From assembly GCF_009914755.1 (NCBI RefSeq), contig NC_060934.1: a DNA stretch of 64,000 bases; one strand, 5' to 3'. The stretch comes from the human T2T-CHM13v2.0 reference genome, Homo sapiens. The first letter of the stretch is position 1; every line of letters starts with the position of its first letter. Position numbers and translations under genes: made by a program. The notes beneath the pieces were generated by a model. It did not search any database. It was not told where the DNA came from and saw only the letters and a program-made list of their open reading frames with translations. This document shows positions 1 to 64,000 of the stretch, one piece after another.

Positions 1-836
1 ATATATGTATTTATGCTAAAATGCAAATGATGATGCAGATGAAACAGCAGCATTTACAACACCAAATTAGTTCACTCTCTGACATGAACTGTGTCACCTC
101 CAGAGATTCAGGATGGTAGCAAGCCAACCATCCTGAGGAGTGGAGTGAGACTCTCTGTGCATTTGAGGAGCTGCCTGGCAGTGATCCAGACCTCATCAGA
201 CTCTGAGGCCTCAAGAATAGTTCCAAAATGCATCTTAGGTTTTGATGTTCTCGAGGATGTGCAAGAGGGGGGATTGCAAGTGAAATTCTGCTTCAATTTT
301 AAATTCTAAATCCACACAAAAATTGATTGAATAGTCCATGAGCCAATCACCACCTGCTGTAACTGCCAAGAGAGGGATGGACAGATCCAAATTTACATTT
401 CTTTAATTTGGATGCTGTTCCTTTTCTTCTGTAAATGTATGATTCTAGCAGAAAGACCATAAGTCACTTTAACATTTCCTTTTTTTGCACAATAATTGAA
501 GGATGTTTTTCTAAAGCAGAAATTTGGCATTCGGGTAGATAGTATGTACTCAATAAATATTTGTTGAATGAATTAGTGAATCCGAAACATGTTTATAGAA
601 TTCTGTGATTATACAAATTTTCTTGATAGATTTATAGTATGTAACTCACTTTCCTATCTCCAGTTTGCATTTCTCTAGCAATGCATTCTCATTAATTTCT
701 CAAACTATTGTTCTTCTTTTTAGGCACATGCTGTAGATACAGAAACTATCTTCTTCTGTTAGGATAGCCATGATATTTCTTCCTAAAATTCTTCCTCTTT
801 AGTTCCCCAAATTCTGATATCTGTTTTACCTATTAG

Positions 837-1204
<368 letters not shown>

Positions 1205-1542
1205 TAGTGGAATGAGTAATCAGTTTTAGAAGCTGCAAATTTACCATTCTCTCAAAGATGCTAGTGTAATAGGGCACTTTAATTATGAGTGGGCTATATG
1301 CTTATTCTGTATGTATCCTTCTTAGTGAGTTGAGAATATTATGTATTCTAATGCTTTTTTCTTAGACTGAATTGGGTGACTAAATACATTTGTACTATAT
1401 AATTTTAGTGATTTTAAAATCCAGCTAACTTTGCAAACTTGGTTTGGAAATCTTGTTAACCACTAATATATACAGCCATATAGATAAATGGATGTTTAGT
1501 TCATTAGATACTTATTAACTGACAATTAACTGTTTTTAATAG

Positions 1543-9103
<7,561 letters not shown>

Positions 9104-12100
9104 CAAAGGGAAGCATTCTGTGCGTGGGTTTGGCTCTTTCAGTATGTCATTCTGTTCTCATCTTCTGCCACAGTCTCTCAGATAGCTCATGAAGACAATC
9201 ACCTGCCTCACCTTCTAGGTGTTTTCCTTTTTTGTTTTTTTTGTTTTGTTTTGTTTTTAAGCAAAGATGAAGGGAAAACGAACTAAGACAGACGCTAGGC
9301 CATGTTGGCAAAGTAGCATCTTGGTGACTAAGGTGACTTTGTATATTCATCTTAAAAATTATGTTCTTTAGACACTGCTACCTGAAAACTGTTGGAGAAA
9401 TAATGTTTAAAGTTATTTAAGAAAAACTGTTACATCACTAAGTATTAATAAATTCTTCTTACCTGACGTAACTTCTCAATGCCTAAATTCTGTAGTTGAA
9501 GCTCTGCTGCAGAGAGTTGGGATAATTTTCTTTTGGTGGATCAGCTCTCATAAAAAAGCTATGATTTGCTCAAATATGCTGTTGACTCAGTAAATGAATA
9601 TATTTTTTTCTTTAAATAGGAACAACCTCTTTTAAAAGAGAAAAATTATTTCAGTGATTTGTCAAAACGAATTACCTCTTTTGGCATGAGCTAATAATTG
9701 AGGGTGCTAATTTTCTTAAGATAGTGCCTAAAACACTAAATTTCAGTCAAGTCGTAAGTAGGATTTTCTTTTTGATCAACAGGGACAAAAACATCTTTAG
9801 AATTAAAAACATGGTTGTTTTGGAATTTTTGCTTCTCTTACCGTTTGATAGAAATTTTCATCCTAAAATACATGTACAAAGTTTGGAAAGATGAAAAAAA
9901 GAGGTAGCTTTTAGATTGCAAATTGGAAATGTAAAACTCATGAAATTTAAGCAATATAGGTTTAGCTATCTGTGTTTATTTTCTAAAATAATACCTGAGC
10001 TGGTTAAATGATTTCTCTCCATCTTAGCTAATTCTGTTTAAAACTCTGTCAGAGGCCTGCAGGCTGTGAGTTATATTTATAAATATATCTTCAGAAATTA
10101 ATCTTAAAAGAGGCATTAGTTCAGAATACTTTTTTAAAAGTTTAAATTAAATATTTAGGCACGTCAGAAATTACTTTTCCTTATTTTGAAATGAGGCTAC
10201 TTATGTCTTGGTTTTATTTTGTTCCATGTTTAAATCATTCACTTTGATTTGAGTGGGAAAAGCCTGAAGCCTTTATCATGTGGTTGCTGGTGTGTGTAAT
10301 TATTAATGAAATGTTCACTCCTAGTCCCTTATGAGGCTTAGAATTTCAACCACGTGTCAGGTCAGACAGTATTATAAACTGTACTTTGCTGTCTGAGACA
10401 GCACATTTGTGAATGATGCTTGCTGCCTGCCATTTTCAACCTATTCTCTCTTAAGAGTGCTAGGTACCAAATTGTGAAAGTTTGTTTTCAGTTATATTAC
10501 TTTTGAGGCTGGTGAAAAATTTAAATGTAACTTTGTGGGAACACTGATTCATATTTAGAAAATGTAAATGTCTGTAGCACTTTCTTGCAGTTAATTTGAA
10601 AACTTTGGATGCTGAACCTTGTTTGTCAGTGATTTAGATGATTTAAAAATGCATGTGTGATTTGAATTTTATAATTGTTTTGACAAGCATAATTTACTTG
10701 GACAACTTCGTAGGTAGCCTTAACTTCTGGCCAAGTTTGTTTTTTATATAAATATATATACATATATACATATTATGTATGGTTGTAAATTCATACACTT
10801 ATCACATGAATGTGTTACTGTATACAAAACTCTTAATGCTTTATTCTCAAATGCTGGGTTGAAAAATGTTTTGAAAGCCTTTTAAAATATATATCTTTAT
10901 AAAGTAATATTCAGGATGATGATAAAAATTGTTTATATTGTTATGATAAAAATGACAGTATAATGTTGCCCAGTGTATTTAATGATTTATTTGAAGAGGG
11001 ATTGGGAAGGAACGTCTTCATACCACTTTCTCCTTTGAAATTTTCAGTTTATTGACTTTTAAAAAATGAATACCTCAGGCAGTAGACATTTTTTTTCTAG
11101 TATCATTTAATTGATACCCTGTGCGCTAAATAGTGTGTGGTGCCTGATTAATTTGGTCTGAATATTTGATTCTTTCTGTTCCTTTCAACTTGACATTCAG
11201 ATTATTGACTCAAGGAGAGAGGCTCAGAGTGGAATGGTTGGCGCTGTGGGTAAGGTTGGATCTCCCTTAAAACTGCCTTTTGGATTCAGTGTTTGTGCTT
11301 GAGTTCGCTTTCAAATATGACCATAATCGTGTGGGTGCAAGACTGTACAGTGATACATATGTAGAGGTAAAGCATTCATTTTAATACTTAAAGTTATATA
11401 AATCTTTTCAAAAAGTGTTTTGTTATAAAATACGCTGTTTGTACCCATACCAGCCCACCTCTTCTGAGGCCCTGTATTCAAATAGATGATAGTGATCTAT
11501 CTTTCCTGCATGAAGTGTAGGTGGCGAGTGGGCGAGGGGCGCAGACTTCTTTGAAATCGAAGGGTACAGTCAAATCTACTGCTGATTTGGTTGTTTTGTT
11601 GCTGTGGCAGAATATGCCATGAAACACATACAGACTTCTCCGAACGTGCACCCTCATCAGCCACCTCCTCCCCTCTTTCCCTGAGTGCTGTGAACACAGC
11701 AGACCTGCACACTTCTGCAGATCCAGCTCCTACAGCTTGGGGCACTAGGCTGCCTTTCCTAGTCCTGTCAACAACCATACAGTGCGAATTGCTGAATTAG
11801 CTGCTATTCTATGTGGAGTCACATTAAGCTTTTTCTTATCTTTTTCTATGGGGAAGCTATAGGGTGGGTAAGGAAAAAATGTTGAATGCTTTTACTTTGC
11901 TGAAAATATTAGAACTCTCTTGTGACAGGATACAGCAAATTATAATTAAATATAAATTACCAGAACCAGAGCTACCTCTAAGTCATACTTCCTCAAGCAC
12001 AAAGCTCTCAGGCATATGAGACCCACCTTAATGAAGGGTCTCTGATTTCTTGAGCATCAGCGAGTTTCAGAAGTGACTATTTTTTTGTACTCTTCTAGTT

Positions 12101-12620
12101 TCCTTGTAACTATACACTTTTTCCCATTCCACACTGTGCTTAAATGACAAAGACTCTTCTGAGAAGCCAAATTCTGTCCAAGTATTAACTAGAGATATTG
12201 TTGATTAAAGAAAATCTAGAACTGAAGTGAAAGAAGAGAGTTCCAGTTCTAATAGTCTTTTGATTAACAATTCTTTTCTGAGAAATGATTTTTATAAGAA
12301 ATGGGGTGATTCTTTAAATGCTTTTCTTAAGTTGAAGGCACAACAGTTAATGGCTGTATTGTTGCTATTCCGTTGCTGACATGTTTTTGATAAAGCTTTA
12401 ACATTCCTGCTACTAATTTTGGCGGAGAGTGTTTGCCAGGTTTCAATGTGGGCTGCAGCTTTTTGTGCTCCTTCTCTGGTTTGCAGTGTAATGAGTTCAT
12501 AAGCTAAATTTTCAGAAAGAATTTTGTTTAAGATTATGCCTCTTATCTACTTGAGAGCAACATGTCTTTTCAATCATGGGATTGACACATGAAAAATAAA
12601 GTTATTTCTTAATCAATTTT
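9104..12620 (+). other. SLK: SLK 3'UTR (AT-rich, long form; end approximate)
   Basis: AT-rich stretch without recognisable interspersed repeats after the stop codon, ending near AATAAA at 12595-12600. Confidence 0.65.
12595..12600 (+). terminator. Candidate distal SLK polyadenylation signal AATAAA
   Basis: gaaAATAAAgttatttc followed by T-rich sequence. Confidence 0.6.
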
Positions 12621-13571
12621 GGGAAGCAGTCTTTTATTGAGAATCTTTGAAACTGGAGTGTCCTGCCTGAGAACACTTTGCAGTTGTTGGTCCTAGTTAT
12701 ATTGTAAAACTTGCAGTCCCCGCAGGTCTTCTGACCCTTCCAGAGTTAGTATTCCTAGCTGTGTGTAGTCCACAGCATACACGCAAACACACACACACAC
12801 TCAAATGTAGTTTTTAGTGATAACTTGCTGGGGGTTGTCTTTCAGAATGCAAACCCCTCCTTTGGGAGGTGCTTAAAATATTTCTATCAGCCTATGTATA
12901 TATGTGTATGTTTTTAATTTCTTTTCCTCTTGGGATGGATGATTTTTCTCACCAAGCATTTCACAAATCATATGACCTCACTTCTGCAAAAATAGTCTCT
13001 TCGTCATTGATAACGTTCATGCAAGATTCAGTAGACGCTAGGCAGCATCACTCGGCACGTGTCCAGCTGGAGGGAGGCATGGAGTGTCATTTTCTAATCT
13101 GGGAGCGTTGTGCACTATTGAGCTCATTCTTGACTTAAAAAAAAAAATGAAACAAAAGAGGCTAACATCCATTGCCATCCAGCTGAGGACATAACCTCAT
13201 ATCTGCCCATCCTCTTTCTGAGTTTTGTCCAGAGAAGGTAGTAAGTTTGGACTTGTACCCTATTTTACTTGAGCTAAAACTTGATGAAGACTTTGGGTAT
13301 CTTAGGTAGATCTAGTAACAAGGAAAAAACTCCTATGTCTTGATTAATCAAGATAAGGATCACTATTAAAGGGGATATAATACTTGAACCCCTAAAGCTA
13401 CTTTTTTTTAAAGGGTCAAAACATCTTTTTCCCCCCTTTTTTTGGAAGTTACTTTTAATAAGTGTAAAAGCTACAATTAAAAAGTAAAAAATTCAGCCTT
13501 TGGGTAAAACTAATGAATTCTTTTGAAAAAAAATTATTTAAAAAGCACAATTCCTTTATTATACACAATAG

Positions 13572-13924
<353 letters not shown>

Positions 13925-14664
13925 TTATTTTTAAAAAATTCTCATTAATTCATAGCAGGCAATTATCAGGATATAATAAAAGAGGCAAAAAGACCACGTA
14001 GAGTGTGTAGTGCTTGACTGGTTGTTGCCGTTAGCGGTTGTTTGATATAGAGGAAACAAGTGGAGTGTTTTTTCTGGGATAATATGAGATACTCAGCAGA
14101 GACCTTATGGAAAATAAAGTCTTTTTAGAAGAGTAGTGGTGTAGAAATAGATGCAATTTAATCCCATTTTTAATTATCCAGCAATTTGAGAGTCACAACT
14201 TGTAACAAATTCACAAAGTGGCTAAGTAGAGTCTCTTCTCAATTGGAGTGTCTGATTTTACTGTGCATTTCTTTGGGGCATTTGAGATTTGTACATTTTT
14301 CTTTAATAGAAGTTTCTATATTCCATATATTACTTGCCCTACAATCATAATTCCATTGCCCCAGGATAAAGCACTACCTAATTGCAAGTAATCATCTTCT
14401 TGCTCATTTGTTGCATGTTTATTTCAAATAACTTATGCTTGGGGAAAACTTTCATGTGCTTTGTAAAATCCCCAGATTGAGTTCATAGTTGCAGGTATCT
14501 AAAGATTTGCCTTTGAAGACCTCAGGGATTGAATGAAATACCAGAAGCTATGCCCCAAAATACAACCACTTTTGTTTTCTTGTGTTTGTAATAAACAGTG
14601 TTAGAATCAGACCCAATTAACCCAGACTATTTTTTAATCTTTCTTTGGTCAGACGAATCACATT

Positions 14665-15621
14665 AAACATGATATTAGAAAAAAAAACTTCTTTAATGGG
14701 AAATTTTACGATTGAAATGATGTTTCATCTTATAGACCACAAACAAATGTTTTTAGACATTGAAAAGTGGTTAAAGACCAACTGCGCCCAGTCCCCCAAG
14801 TGCCATTTTCTGAGTGCAGAATGGAGGGTGACGTCTTGAGCTGATGCTGTGTCCCCAGCATCAGGTTTTCTGTTTTCCCTCTTCTCCCTTTATTCCTTCC
14901 TTGTCCATTGCCCTCAACCTTCTTTTTCTGTTTGCTCTGGCCTGGTTCAGTATAACATATCCATGAACTCTAGTATGGGCCTACGGACAATCATAGCTAC
15001 AATCAGACTTTCTAAGCAAATGGGAATGTGATATACATATAACCATTAGAAACCCTATCATCACCTCCTAGAGGGGAAGTGAATTTCTTAATTTTTTTAG
15101 TTGCAAGAGTCACTTCTTAGCCAACTGACTAGAGAATGCAGAATGAACAGGGGAGGAAGGAGCTGATGGCACAGCCTTAGAACAGTAACCAGAACACACC
15201 CCCATCAAGTGTCACCTCCAGGAAGGCGCCCCACCCCCATCCTCCGTTTTCTGGGCTCATATTTAGGTAAAGCTCTAAGACTCCTGAGCCAACTTTTATG
15301 TAACTGGCTTTCCTAGGCTGGGGCTTGAACTAAGTAAAGAAGCCAAGGAGTTCAGATCTAGATAGCAGAGAAGTAAGTCTCATTCTAAAACATTGCAACT
15401 ACTGTTAGAGTCCACCCCATGAAGCTGTTTCAGATTGTGTATCTTTGACTGAATTCTATAAGTATATATTGTTCAGACTAAAACAAATGTTGCTAGCTAG
15501 GTTGGCTGTGCTGTCTCAGTAGGACATTGACAGACTCCAGCTTTCACCCTCTGGAGACCTTGGACCTAAGTGCCACATGCATTATGAGACCTGGTCCAGG
15601 AGCTGTCCTGCCATGGCTAGC
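14665..15621 (-). other. COL17A1: COL17A1 3'UTR (exon 56; end approximate)
   Basis: Lies between the TGA stop (15622-15624) and the ATTAAA signal. Confidence 0.75.
14692..14697 (-). terminator. COL17A1 polyadenylation signal ATTAAA
   Basis: + strand tttaat; U/GU-rich sequence downstream on the - strand. Confidence 0.65.
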
Positions 15622-62702
<47,081 letters not shown>

Positions 62703-63761
62703 CTAGAAAAAGACAAAGAAAAGATGAGTTCTTATGTAATGCACTGACACCTCTGGATCTTGGCAAGGTCTAAGCTCTGTCACAGGCTAAGCATATTAAA
62801 TTAGGTTCGACATTGATTTTTCTATCCTTGTGCTTTAAGGTGTGTGATCTGACCCACTGTGCAAAAAGATATGAGCAACAACAATGGGTTTCATATGCTT
62901 GGAAAATAAGTTTATATCTCTTTGGAGCCAAAAGAAGTTATGCACTGCGTTTGAAACATGAGTTGTTTTGCTGTTGATGTCTCTCCTTGGACAATTAGAT
63001 CCAGTCCAGGCCTGGTCTGAGGTTGAAGGAGGACCAGGCCCTCTTGTCTCAAGTCACTCCGTTTCTCTGCATTTCTCCTTCCCCATGGTCTCTCAGTTCA
63101 GCTGAGACCAACACCCTAGCTGACTTCACTGTGTACTTCTTCATGAATTTGGAGGTGTTTAAGAACATTATGTTTCGTTCTAATGTCTTCAGGGCAAACC
63201 CTGAATGTGGGGAGTTGTGGGAAGGAAGGGTGCTCCTGGTAAGTCACATTTGGGGTTTGGCAAAATCAGTGATCCAGGCACATCACAGACAGACTTGAAG
63301 AACCAGTCCCTTGGCCTCTGAAATTTAGTTCCTGTAGGTCTGAGAGATGGTGAATCCATCACTCATGCTCTGACTGTGGCCCTCAGCACTACCTCCGTCT
63401 CTGGTGGGTATACAGAAGACCCTACCTATCTGGGGCTTTTGTTCTTTGATATCAGGTTTCCAGTGTGCTTGTATGCATGCATGCATGTGTGTATGTGTGC
63501 ATGTATGTGTGTGTGTGTGTGGCATGCATGGGCACATACGTGTGGGGAAGGTGGTGAAAGGAGAAAAGAGTAAAGGAAGATGGTGCAGGATCATTTTGTG
63601 CTACTTTCAGCTGTGCCGCTGACACCTGCTCCATCCCACATGACTCTCATTCACACTGTCCTTCTTCATACTGCATTTTGCTAATTAGTTTGGTTGTCCT
63701 AGCAAGAAGATGCGGTTATGGACATGCCAGAAACAGTACTTAATGCATAAAAGGAAATGTT

Positions 63762-64000
63762 GGCTGGGCGCAGTGGCTCACGCCTGTAATCCCAACACTT
63801 TGGGAGGCCGAGGCGGGCAGATCACGAGGTCAGGAGTTTGAGACCAGCCTGGCCAACATAGTGAAACCCCGTCTCTACTAAAAACACAAAAAATTAGCTG
63901 GGTGTGGTGGTGGGCACCTGTAATCCCAGCTGCTCGGGAGGCTGAGACAGGAGAATGGCTTGAACCTGGGAGGTGGAGGTTGCAGTGAGCCAAGATTACG
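63762..64000 (+). mobile_element. Alu (AluSg-like), cut by the window edge
   Basis: GGCTGGGCGCAGTGGCTCACGCCTGTAATCCC... Confidence 0.93.

Noticed and set aside
98-140. 10-bp stem TCAGGATGGT/ACCATCCTGA and short ORFs at the window start
   Set aside because: A single short hairpin is plausible by chance in 64 kb; no recognisable RNA family or protein.

Overview
Human genomic DNA recognisable as the SLK / COL17A1 locus (10q24-25). On the + strand are the last six coding exons of SLK (stop at 9101-9103) and its long 3'UTR. On the - strand, converging on SLK, are COL17A1 (collagen XVII / BP180) exons 3-56; exons 1-2 lie beyond the right edge. I located all 54 COL17A1 exons from GT/AG boundaries, and they join into one open frame. 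The window also holds MIR936, eight Alu copies plus one Alu monomer fragment, MaLR, MER, L1, L2 and MIR relics, a ~1 kb VNTR, and a 4.5 kb rearranged class-I endogenous provirus in intron 9. I see no new multi-gene system. The best leads are: (i) a monomer-length AluYb8 with a perfect target-site duplication (TSD), probably a non-reference insertion; (ii) the chimeric provirus 30 nt from the exon 9 donor, whose antisense LTR sequence is complementary to that donor; (iii) a 610-nt 3'UTR intron; (iv) the splice-site-overlapping miR-936; (v) an apparently expanded VNTR. Exon numbers, repeat subfamily names and reference comparisons are from memory and need database confirmation.
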